A stretch of DNA of 64,000 bases from Gammaproteobacteria bacterium (lineage in GTDB: Bacteria > Pseudomonadota > Gammaproteobacteria > Pseudomonadales > Azotimanducaceae): assembly GCA_027297435.1 (NCBI GenBank), contig JAPUIA010000158.1:13427-77426 (forward strand), read 5' to 3'. The notes beneath the pieces are model-generated. The model was not told where the DNA came from and did no database searches. It was given only the letters and a program-made list of their open reading frames with translations. Shown piece by piece: positions 45,132-53,178 of this stretch (within the stretch, counting starts at the first letter, position 1; each line of letters starts with the position of its first letter). The position numbers and the translations under genes are program-made.

Positions 45132-47191
45132 TCCATCTCTGAGGTGGGTTCTTGCAGGTAGTGGCCTTGAATATAGTTCGCGCCTGCCTGCCAGAGGGCC
45201 GATAGAACGTGAGCGCTCTCGACCATCGGCACGATGGTGAGCTTGCCGTTCGACTGAAGCTGTCGAATCGTGGCCGTTATAGCTTCGCGCAACTCAGGGT
45301 CGTCCTTGAGCTCTTCGATGTGCGAACCGTCCAACTTGACGAACTCGACGGGTATGTGGCGTAGGGTTTCGAACGAATCCTCGCTCAAACCAAAATGACT
45401 CAAGCTTGCGCGAACGTGCATGCCTTTCAGCCCTTCGACGAATTCTCGCGTCTGGCGGATATAGGTCGAAGCATCGCGTTCGGTGATCTGGAAAATGACC
45501 GCGTCGCTGGGTAGGCGAGCCGCTTTGATCGCGACGCCCAGCCACTGAATGAACTCTGGATCGGAGACGCTGTTGCAGGTCACGTTGATGGTCAGTCGCG
45601 TGTCGTGACCCTTGGCGCGGTGCGCCGACAATATCTTGATCGATTGCAAGATGACCCATCGGTCGATCTTACCGGCGACGTTGTTTTCGATCGCCGTTTG
45701 CAGGAACTGGGCGGGCCGCATCGCCTCGTCTTTGTCCAGCATGCGCAAGAACACTTCGTAGTGTTCGTCCGAATCACCCCGCAAGCTGATGATCGGTTGG
45801 AACAGCAACTGGAACCTGTTTTTGTCGATAGCATGATTGATCAGCTGGACCAACCGGGTCGCTTCGTCGGACTCTGGCTCTACGACGTCGTCACCGGCAA
45901 TGACGACTTTGTTGCGGTCGCCGTCTTGGACCTCAGTGAGTTTGCGGAACGCGGAATCCAATGCACAGCTCGCGTCATTGTCGGGGCCCAGTGCATGACC
46001 GACGATGGAGATTGTCGGGCGAACGGTTTTCGCGTCGATTTCGAGCAAGAACTCCTCGACGCCTTGGCGCAAGCCATCGGCCCGATCGATGGCGGTGTCC
46101 ATGGATTCAGTGGCGAGTACAAAAGCGAAGTGGCTCGTGTCGAGTTTAACGAAGGCGTAGCCGTCTAAACTGCTCCGCAAACTCTGTTCAATCTCATGGG
46201 CGATCTCGAATGTTCCCTGCAGCCCGTGATGCTTGCGCAAATCCTCGTAAACGTCGATGCCGGCGATGAACAAGTACTGATCTTCGGCCTCGTTGTCGAC
46301 CGCTTGCAGGAAGATCGGCAAGTCGAGCGCTGCCCCATTGCATGCTGGGGTTGGTGTTTCCGAGTCGGCGTTTGTCGGCGGCATCGGGTTGGCGTCGACA
46401 ACGTCGGTTATAACGGGGATTTCCTGACTGCGGATGGTGACCTGGATGCACGTCTCGCCTTCGTACTCGGCCGCCGCCAGCGTTATCGTCCCGCTGACCG
46501 CATCGCCCTCGGTGCTCTGACCCTCGAAATCCAGGCACTGTTCGTCGGCATCGTGGCGAAACGCTTTCATTTTTTCTTTGAGTTCGGCCGTACTTTCCGG
46601 GGTCACCAAGTCGATCAGTGGTAGGCCGAGCAGATCATCGCTCTCCTCGAATCCGAATAGCTTGAAGTAGGCTTCGTTGGCGTAAATGTGCATACCTTCG
46701 TGCACATAGGCGATTGCGGCTTTTGAGCTTTGCAGGAGAAGCTGGCAGCGTTGCTCGGCTGCTTGTAAGGCCTTACGCATTTGAGTGTAGTCGACCCTCT
46801 GGCAGACGTGGTCGAGTTCGCGTTGTACCACCATCAAGAGGTGCTTGGGCTGGTCGTTGTGCACGACGTCGGTGGCGCCGAGTTCGAGGCCCTTTTCAAT
46901 GGCGACAGGGTTGTTGGGATCGGTGAGCAGAATAACCGGTATGGCGGGGGTGTGATTCTTCACTTGTGCAACCACTTGGGTCAGTTCCGCCTCGCCACCG
47001 TTCAAGAGATACAGATCTGCCTCAGCGTTGGCGAGAACGTCCGTGGCTTGCTCGAGATCGTCGATGACGTTCAGACGAGTCGGAATACCGGCATCACGCA
47101 GCATGGAATCGAGCTCATGCGCGAGGTTCTCAGACGTATCTGCGATGAGAAGCCGCACCGGAGCGTGTTGGGGTAGCTGTTGCGCCGACAT
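45104..47191 (-). CDS. FimX-like degenerate REC-PAS-GGDEF-EAL protein (probable c-di-GMP receptor)
   Basis: REC-like N-terminus has Asn at the acceptor position (ADLYLLNGG). PAS (AAIAYVHEGMHIYANEAYFKLFG). The GGDEF position reads DTSHF. The EAL domain has EVF for EAL and SHFG for DDFG but keeps DRW, N, ITE, KLD and QG. Confidence 0.8.
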   Translation of the reverse strand: MSAQQLPQHAPVRLLIADTSENLAHELDSMLRDAGIPTRLNVIDDLEQATDVLANAEADLYLLNGGEAELTQVVAQVKNHTPAIPVILLTDPNNPVAIEKGLELGATDVVHNDQPKHLLMVVQRELDHVCQRVDYTQMRKALQAAEQRCQLLLQSSKAAIAYVHEGMHIYANEAYFKLFGFEESDDLLGLPLIDLVTPESTAELKEKMKAFRHDADEQCLDFEGQSTEGDAVSGTITLAAAEYEGETCIQVTIRSQEIPVITDVVDANPMPPTNADSETPTPACNGAALDLPIFLQAVDNEAEDQYLFIAGIDVYEDLRKHHGLQGTFEIAHEIEQSLRSSLDGYAFVKLDTSHFAFVLATESMDTAIDRADGLRQGVEEFLLEIDAKTVRPTISIVGHALGPDNDASCALDSAFRKLTEVQDGDRNKVVIAGDDVVEPESDEATRLVQLINHAIDKNRFQLLFQPIISLRGDSDEHYEVFLRMLDKDEAMRPAQFLQTAIENNVAGKIDRWVILQSIKILSAHRAKGHDTRLTINVTCNSVSDPEFIQWLGVAIKAARLPSDAVIFQITERDASTYIRQTREFVEGLKGMHVRASLSHFGLSEDSFETLRHIPVEFVKLDGSHIEELKDDPELREAITATIRQLQSNGKLTIVPMVESAHVLSALWQAGANYIQGHYLQEPTSEMDYDFSTEDG

Positions 47192-47328
47192 GTCCTTTAT
47201 CTAGCTATCAAGCTGCCATTAACCACTGTTGTTCCGGCCTCATGCGAGTACCGGCAGTATCCCTACCGAGTGTCTTAACCACCGTAACCGAAAGCCGTTT
47301 GGGCGGTTAGCGCCAACTGCGACACCCC

Positions 47329-49131
47329 CTATTTACTAGGCTCTGGAGCGTCGTCACCGATCATCTCCGAGAGGTTTTCCATGTTGAGGTCGATTTGGGC
47401 ATTTTCCAAGTAACCATCCAACATACGAAATGTGAACTGGTTAAAACTTTCTGTCTTTATCACCTCCTCGGCCAGCTGGGCGGTGGTTTGTATGCCTTGG
47501 CGTTGCACGTGGACCTTGTGGCCGCTCTGGTAGGGCAGCCTTGGCGTGATCAGCATCGAGGGCTGGTCAATGGCTTTCAGTGCTGGAAGCAGTAGCGCTC
47601 TGGTGTAGTCTGTGGGCCCGCCTTTTTTCTTGATGACCCGGGCCGCGACGGGAATGGCGCGAGGTGCTAAGAGTTCGATCCCGGTAATCGCCCCTGATGC
47701 GCTAGGACGAATCCAGCGGACGACGGCGATGCACCATCGCGCGTCATCCGTTTCACGAATACCGATGATTTCTCCCGTTTGTAGATTTTTCGGGAAGTTG
47801 GCGCTCCATTGAATGCAATACCCGCCTGGACTGGTATCGAGCACCTGGGTATCGAAGAATTGATGTTTCGGCGGTTCGGATTTGGCTGCACGTTTCGGAA
47901 CTTCTGCGCCCGCTTGAGCCTCTTTGAGGATTCGTTCCGGGTCCTCGATATTGGGGTTTTCGGGCATCCGGGCCCCCACGTCGAACGCTTGGTCCCATGG
48001 GTCTCCCGATGTCGTGGCCTCGGGCCCGAAGGTTTCCTCGACGAGGAACGGATTGACCTCTCTCTTGAGCATCGCGTCCGTTGCCGACAGCTGGTCCCTG
48101 AACGCCACCGCACCCGACAGAAAGTAGTGAACGTCGTTCAGGCCGATGCATATCTTGAGCTCGCCCGTGCCGGGAGCCCGCGCGTGAACGCGCTTGCGCA
48201 TTACCCCCCACGCGTCGACGAGATGGCTCAACAGTTCGGCGCTCAGATAGTCGGGAACCGGCACCTTACTGTCGATCTCTTTCAGGAAAGCCTCGATCTC
48301 AAACGCCAGGATGTCGGTTCGAATCATGCGCGGCGCGCTAGGTTGCTCGGCAACGCCGACGTATTTCGGGCCGTGATCGGCCTCGACATCGATGATGAGT
48401 AAGGCATCCGGATCCGCCTGTTTGATCTCCACCCAGGCCGTCCAGTGTTCCAGCGCGTTGAAGATGAAGGTGAGCTCCCGATGACGCAGCTGGTTGGGTT
48501 TGGATGCTGCGAGCATCACGGCACGTAGGTAAGCGTCTTGGACAGAGGTTTTGTGATTGGATTGGTTGATGTCGTCGGCCACGATGGTACCGGCGACGCC
48601 CAGCCGTTCCGCCAGCGTGAACAGCTGGTTGAGTTCCAGCCATAGGTGTTCGGTTGGCGCCACATACAGCTGAAGGCTACGCAGCAAGATTCGCGACATT
48701 TCGGACAGGGCTCGATGCAGCGCCAATGGCAGCACGTCCTTCAACACGGCGCGATCGGTCTCGACTGCCTCCAGGGCGGCTGTGACGACGGATTTATATC
48801 CGACGGCCAGATTCGCCTGCAGCCGCTGAGCCAATTGACCGAGTGCCGCCTCATGATCGTTCGACTTTACGGCGTTGTTGTCGAGCCGAGTACAGACATA
48901 TTCGAGCGTTGGCCTGAGCGCTTCCAATAACGCCAGGCGACCTTGGTAGTCGATCTTGAGTTGCGCCAACTCCTCGGTTGCCTGCTTCAGCAGAGCGGCG
49001 GTCTGGGCGGTGTCGGCGACGGGCAATCCACTAACCCACTCGGTAAGCGCTTCGGGATTGGTTGCCGCGAACGACAGTGCATCCAAGTTGAGGTCCGGGG
49101 TCGCGATTCTAAGGGGGGCGGAGTCTTCCAT
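47329..49131 (-). CDS. hypothetical ~600-aa protein with C-terminal PilZ-like domain
   Basis: Start taken at ATG 49131 (MEDSAPLRIA...); the ORF is open to 49200. The C-terminal region FFDTQVLDTSPGGYCIQW...GEIIGIRE...WCIAVVRWIR...ITGIELL fits the PilZ D.S..G barrel pattern, but KRAAK replaces RxxxR. Directly upstream of the FimX-like gene on the same strand. Confidence 0.55.
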   Translation of the reverse strand: MEDSAPLRIATPDLNLDALSFAATNPEALTEWVSGLPVADTAQTAALLKQATEELAQLKIDYQGRLALLEALRPTLEYVCTRLDNNAVKSNDHEAALGQLAQRLQANLAVGYKSVVTAALEAVETDRAVLKDVLPLALHRALSEMSRILLRSLQLYVAPTEHLWLELNQLFTLAERLGVAGTIVADDINQSNHKTSVQDAYLRAVMLAASKPNQLRHRELTFIFNALEHWTAWVEIKQADPDALLIIDVEADHGPKYVGVAEQPSAPRMIRTDILAFEIEAFLKEIDSKVPVPDYLSAELLSHLVDAWGVMRKRVHARAPGTGELKICIGLNDVHYFLSGAVAFRDQLSATDAMLKREVNPFLVEETFGPEATTSGDPWDQAFDVGARMPENPNIEDPERILKEAQAGAEVPKRAAKSEPPKHQFFDTQVLDTSPGGYCIQWSANFPKNLQTGEIIGIRETDDARWCIAVVRWIRPSASGAITGIELLAPRAIPVAARVIKKKGGPTDYTRALLLPALKAIDQPSMLITPRLPYQSGHKVHVQRQGIQTTAQLAEEVIKTESFNQFTFRMLDGYLENAQIDLNMENLSEMIGDDAPEPSK

Positions 49132-49279
49132 GCTACACGGTGGATTGGAGGTCGCGACAGTATAGTGGATAACCGTTTGGCAATGAGTAGCCGGCCCCAA
49201 AAAAGGACTTCGGGCAAAACTTTTTCAGGGGCAAACAAGCAGTCACTCTCGAGGGCGTTATTCGTTAACGGCGCTATTC

Positions 49280-49366
49280 GAATCCGCTGTGGGCACTTTT
49301 TGAATCCGTTGTGGGCACCTTTTGAATCCGCTGTGGGCACTTCTTTGACGAATTCGCTGTAGGTAT
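49280..49366. repeat. three 22-bp-periodic direct repeats plus one degenerate copy upstream of efp
   Basis: GAATCCG(C/T)TGTGGGCAC at 49280-49296, 49302-49318 and 49324-49340, period exactly 22 bp. A degenerate copy GAATTCGCTGTAGGTAT lies at 49350-49366. The efp ATG is at 49392. Confidence 0.85.
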
Positions 49367-49391
49367 GATGTTCGACTCGCTTGGAGCAGCA

Positions 49392-49958
49392 ATGGCTAGT
49401 TACTCGACGAACGAATTCCGCGCCGGTTTGAAGGTGCTGCTTGAAGGCGACCCCTGCAGCATCTTGGAGAATGAGTTCGTCAAGCCGGGTAAGGGCCAAG
49501 CCTTCAGTCGGGTAAAGTTTCGCAACTTGAAATCAGGCAAGGTGTGGGAGCGTACCTTCAAGTCTGGTGACCGTATCGAGGCTGCCGATGTCATGGAGCT
49601 CGACATGCAGTATCTGTACACCGACGGCGAATTCTTTCACTTCATGAAAACCGACGGTAGCTTTGAACAAACTGCCGCGCCGGAATCGGCCATGGCGAAT
49701 TCCAAGCAGTGGATCGAGGAACAAGAAGTTTGCCAGGTCACGCTTTGGAACGACCAGCCCATCTCGGTGACGCCGCCTAACTTCGTTGAATTGGAGGTTA
49801 CCGAGACAGATCCCGGATTGAAGGGCGACACTGCCCAGGGCGGAACCAAACCCGCCACGCTTACCACCGGTGTGACCATCAAGGTGCCTCTGTTCATCAA
49901 CATCGGTGACGTGTTGAAAATCGATACGCGTACCGGTGAGTACGTCAGCCGCGCTTGA
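49392..49958 (+). CDS. efp: elongation factor P
   Basis: ATG 49392. [38 protein letters not shown] with Lys at position 34. 188 aa. Confidence 0.95.
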   Translation: MASYSTNEFRAGLKVLLEGDPCSILENEFVKPGKGQAFSRVKFRNLKSGKVWERTFKSGDRIEAADVMELDMQYLYTDGEFFHFMKTDGSFEQTAAPESAMANSKQWIEEQEVCQVTLWNDQPISVTPPNFVELEVTETDPGLKGDTAQGGTKPATLTTGVTIKVPLFINIGDVLKIDTRTGEYVSRA

Positions 49959-49967
49959 GTCCACGAG

Positions 49968-50834
49968 TTGAGTTCGCGCTTTAGTAGGCAGGCGCCGTTG
50001 TGGCGGCCCGCGTGCAGCATCGCGGCGCTGGAGGCTAGAGCCAAGATTCTCGCGACCATTCGCGCCTTTTTCGACGAACGTGGGGTCATCGAGGTACAAA
50101 CGCCGACCCTTTCCAGTACGACGGTGACGGACCCGCAGATCGCCAGCATTGCGACGCAGGACGGCAAGTTCTTGCAAACTTCGCCCGAATATCAGATGAA
50201 GCGGTTGTTGGCGGCGGGCGCGCCTTCGATCTACCAGATGGGTCCTGCCTACCGGGCCGGTGAGTCGGGACGGCTGCACAATCCGGAATTCACCATGCTC
50301 GAGTGGTACCGCCTCGGGTTCGACGATGACGCGTTGATGGCGGAAGTTGCCGAGCTCGTCGATCTGGTACTTGGGCCGCGTCCTTATCAGCGACTAACCT
50401 ATCGCGAACTCGTCGGTACTCGGCAAGGACAACGCGATCTGTTGGACCTCAAGTTCACGGACGCACTGGCCAACCTCGATGACGTTCGCGTGTTTATCAC
50501 GGACTATCCGGCCGATCAGGCGGCGCTGGCGCGTCTGCGAGAAAAAGATGCCGGCGTGGCGGCGCGCTTCGAACTCGTCGTCGACGGTGTCGAAGTCGCG
50601 AATGGTTACTTCGAGCTGACGGACCCCGACGAGCTAGAGGATCGCTTTAATCGCGACAACGCTATTCGCGATTCTTTGGGCGTTCAGCCCGTAGCGTCGG
50701 ATGAGCGGTTGTTGGCCGCGATGCGACACGGACTGCCCGACTGTGCGGGTGTAGCGCTGGGCGTTGATCGGCTTGTCATGTTGGCGTTGGGTGCGAGCAA
50801 TTTGTCGGAGGTCATGCCGTTTCCAGCGGGTTAG
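49968..50834 (+). CDS. epmA: EF-P--(R)-beta-lysine ligase
   Basis: Class II aaRS-like core: TSPEYQMKRLLAAG, HNPEFTMLEWYR, RFELVVDGVEVANGYFELTD and LPDCAGVALGVDRLVMLALG, collinear with E. coli EpmA (PoxA/GenX). Non-ATG start at 49968. Confidence 0.88.
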   Translation: MSSRFSRQAPLWRPACSIAALEARAKILATIRAFFDERGVIEVQTPTLSSTTVTDPQIASIATQDGKFLQTSPEYQMKRLLAAGAPSIYQMGPAYRAGESGRLHNPEFTMLEWYRLGFDDDALMAEVAELVDLVLGPRPYQRLTYRELVGTRQGQRDLLDLKFTDALANLDDVRVFITDYPADQAALARLREKDAGVAARFELVVDGVEVANGYFELTDPDELEDRFNRDNAIRDSLGVQPVASDERLLAAMRHGLPDCAGVALGVDRLVMLALGASNLSEVMPFPAG

Positions 50835-51655
50835 TCGCGCCAATATCCTATCGACTCCCCCATTCGGACCGTTTGGCCAGGCGTTAGCCGGTTCAGTTCG
50901 GCGCGCCGGGGCGGCAGACACACGATCACGGTCGACCCGAGCAGAAAACGCCCGATTTCATCGCCACGCTTAAAGGTCAGGTCGTACGGGCGGGTTTCGG
51001 CACGGCGATAGCGGGAATTGGGGCCGGGCCACACCGTTTCGATGCGGCCGACAATCAGTGCGCCGATAAACACGACTAGCATGTCGCCTGATTGAGTGTG
51101 AAATCGACATGCGAGTCTTTCGTTGCGACAAAACAGATCCGCCACGGTTGCTTCCGTTTTTGCGTTTACCGAGAACAGTGATCCCGGAATGCTTCTCGTC
51201 GCCGTCAACGTACCCCCTGAGGGCAGGTGCACGCGATGGTAGTTGTGCGGCGCGAGATACACGGTGACGAAGGATCCGCCGTCGAAACCGGCGGCCAGAT
51301 CGTGCACGAGTGAATCCAGCGAATAACGGGTACCTTTCGCTTGTAGCAGCGTGTTGTGAGTGATCTCTCCGCTTTGACTGATCGTGCCGTCTGCAGGGCA
51401 GGCGATGGCTAGCGGTTGATCGGGCATCGGCCGTGCGCCTGGCTTGAGCGCGCGAGTGAAGAACTCGTTGAACGTTCCGTAGTCCGTGGGGTCCGAGTGC
51501 ACGGCTTCCGAGAGATCGACCTTATAGGTACGTGCAAAGCCTTTGATACACGCATCCTTGAGCCAGCGCGTTTCCGATCTGGCAAGGCAAGCCACGCTGC
51601 GCGTCAAGCCGTGTTGTGGCAGCAGGCGCTGCAGTGCTGCGAAGGCCTTACTCAT
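50831..51655 (-). CDS. psd: phosphatidylserine decarboxylase proenzyme
   Basis: LGST self-cleavage motif (GRFLLGSTVIV) near the C-terminus and YHRVHLP. 274 aa. Confidence 0.9.
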   Translation of the reverse strand: MSKAFAALQRLLPQHGLTRSVACLARSETRWLKDACIKGFARTYKVDLSEAVHSDPTDYGTFNEFFTRALKPGARPMPDQPLAIACPADGTISQSGEITHNTLLQAKGTRYSLDSLVHDLAAGFDGGSFVTVYLAPHNYHRVHLPSGGTLTATRSIPGSLFSVNAKTEATVADLFCRNERLACRFHTQSGDMLVVFIGALIVGRIETVWPGPNSRYRRAETRPYDLTFKRGDEIGRFLLGSTVIVCLPPRRAELNRLTPGQTVRMGESIGYWRD

Positions 51656-52506
51656 CGTGTGGTGATGGGCAGATCGTCACGGTTACCCCACTCCGACCAA
51701 GAGCCGTGATAGGCGCGAATATTGGGATACCCGAGCAGCCGTGCGGCCATGTAAGAAAGTCCCGAGCGGTGATGGGTTTGGCAGTGGGTAATGATGGCTT
51801 TGTCAGCGGTGAGCCCATGCGCTTGCAGCAGGGATTGCAAGTCGGTGACGAGTCTTAGGTTGTCACCGGGGTTCTTCAACGCCATCCAGTCGAGGTGCAC
51901 AGCGCCCGGGATGTGTCCTACGTGCTTAGCCGCCCGGCGCTGGCCGCTGAACTCTTCCGCCGAGCGCACGTCCCAGACAACCTGGGCTGGGTCCTTCATC
52001 GCTAGCAGCACGTCGTCGATCTCGGCAATAGGTGTCGTGTCGACCGCCAACGAGACCCTCGTTGGTTGCGGCGCTGTGCCGGGCCCGCGCTCAATGGGTA
52101 AGCCCGCGGCCCGCCACGCGTGAATACCGCCATTGAGGTATGCCCAGCGGTGATGTCCGATCACATCTAGCGTCCAGAGAAACCTGCCCGCCCATCCTCC
52201 GCCTTCATCGTCGTAGGCGATGACCTGCCTCATTGGGTCGTAGCCGATCCGAGCGAACAGACCAGTGAGCTGTGCCTCCGACGGCAAACGACCGGTGGCG
52301 GGGGGAATGCCACAGACCAACTCAGCCGGCGCAACGTGAACGGCGTTCGGAACGTGGGCATCGCGAAAACCGGCGCCATCGGCGACGTGGACGATGAGCG
52401 ATGCATCGTCGAGATCGACCTGGTGCGGTTCCAACAGCCGGGGTTTCTCGGGGCGAAGCGGACGTTTCATGGTCCCCAAGATCCATGATTCGCTATGACG
52501 CATCAA
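51652..52506 (-). CDS. sulfurtransferase with two rhodanese domains
   Basis: Two rhodanese repeats and the active-site loop THCQTHHRSG. Its stop overlaps the psd start (ATGA on the minus strand). The start could be the internal ATG 52470. Confidence 0.8.
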   Translation of the reverse strand: MMRHSESWILGTMKRPLRPEKPRLLEPHQVDLDDASLIVHVADGAGFRDAHVPNAVHVAPAELVCGIPPATGRLPSEAQLTGLFARIGYDPMRQVIAYDDEGGGWAGRFLWTLDVIGHHRWAYLNGGIHAWRAAGLPIERGPGTAPQPTRVSLAVDTTPIAEIDDVLLAMKDPAQVVWDVRSAEEFSGQRRAAKHVGHIPGAVHLDWMALKNPGDNLRLVTDLQSLLQAHGLTADKAIITHCQTHHRSGLSYMAARLLGYPNIRAYHGSWSEWGNRDDLPITTR

Positions 52507-52541
52507 GTATCCTTGCGAGAAAATGAACCCGAAGGACGTGA

Positions 52542-53075
52542 ATGACCGCTAACCTAGTGTGGATGGACCTCGAGATGACCGGTTTGCAACCGGAACTCGA
52601 CGTCATACTGGAGATGGCCACCATCATTACCGACGGTGATCTCAACGTGATAGCGGAGGGTCCGGTTTTTACCATTCTGCAACCTGAAGCAAAGCTCGAG
52701 GGGATGGATGCATGGAATCAAGAACACCACCGGGCTTCGGGTTTGCTGGAACGCGTTCGTGCTGAAGGCGTTGTTCAAACCGAGGCCGAAGCAACCACGC
52801 TTGCGTTCATAGAGCAGCATGCCCAGAGGCACGAAGCACCCCTGTGCGGCAATACGATTTGGCAAGATCGTCGATTTCTAGCGCGTTACATGCCGACCCT
52901 GGAGGGTTACCTGTATTACCGCAACATCGACGTGAGCAGCATCAAGGAATTGGCTCGGAGATGGCGGCCTGAGCTGTTAAAAGGATTTACGAAGAAAAAC
53001 GAGCACACCGCGTTGGCCGACATACGCGAGTCCATTGCAGAGCTCGCCTACTACCGCGAACATTTCTTTAAATAG
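52542..53075 (+). CDS. orn: oligoribonuclease
   Basis: DEDDh exonuclease motifs LVWMDLEMTGL, GNTIWQDRRFL and HTALADIRESI. 177 aa. Confidence 0.95.
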   Translation: MTANLVWMDLEMTGLQPELDVILEMATIITDGDLNVIAEGPVFTILQPEAKLEGMDAWNQEHHRASGLLERVRAEGVVQTEAEATTLAFIEQHAQRHEAPLCGNTIWQDRRFLARYMPTLEGYLYYRNIDVSSIKELARRWRPELLKGFTKKNEHTALADIRESIAELAYYREHFFK

Positions 53076-53178
53076 CCGCGCTCGTGCGCCCGGCCAGAAA
53101 TGTTCGCGAACATCTTCTTCAAATAGTCCGCACTCCTGCGCCCGGCCAGAAAGGTTCGCGAACATCTTCTTCAAGTAG
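53055..53178. repeat. 2.4 tandem copies of a 50-52-bp unit derived from the orn 3' end
   Basis: Copy 1 at 53055-53104 includes the orn stop at 53073-53075. Copy 2 is at 53105-53156. The partial copy 3 at 53157-53178 overlaps the last codons of queG. Copy junctions create GTTCGCGAAC palindromes. Confidence 0.85.

Noticed and set aside
49280-49340. Sigma-54 promoter reading of the repeated GGGCAC-N5-GAAT.
   Set aside because: The -12 element does not match the TGGCAC-N5-TTGCW consensus: it reads TTTTTGAAT and lacks TTGC at the right spacing. This holds on both strands.
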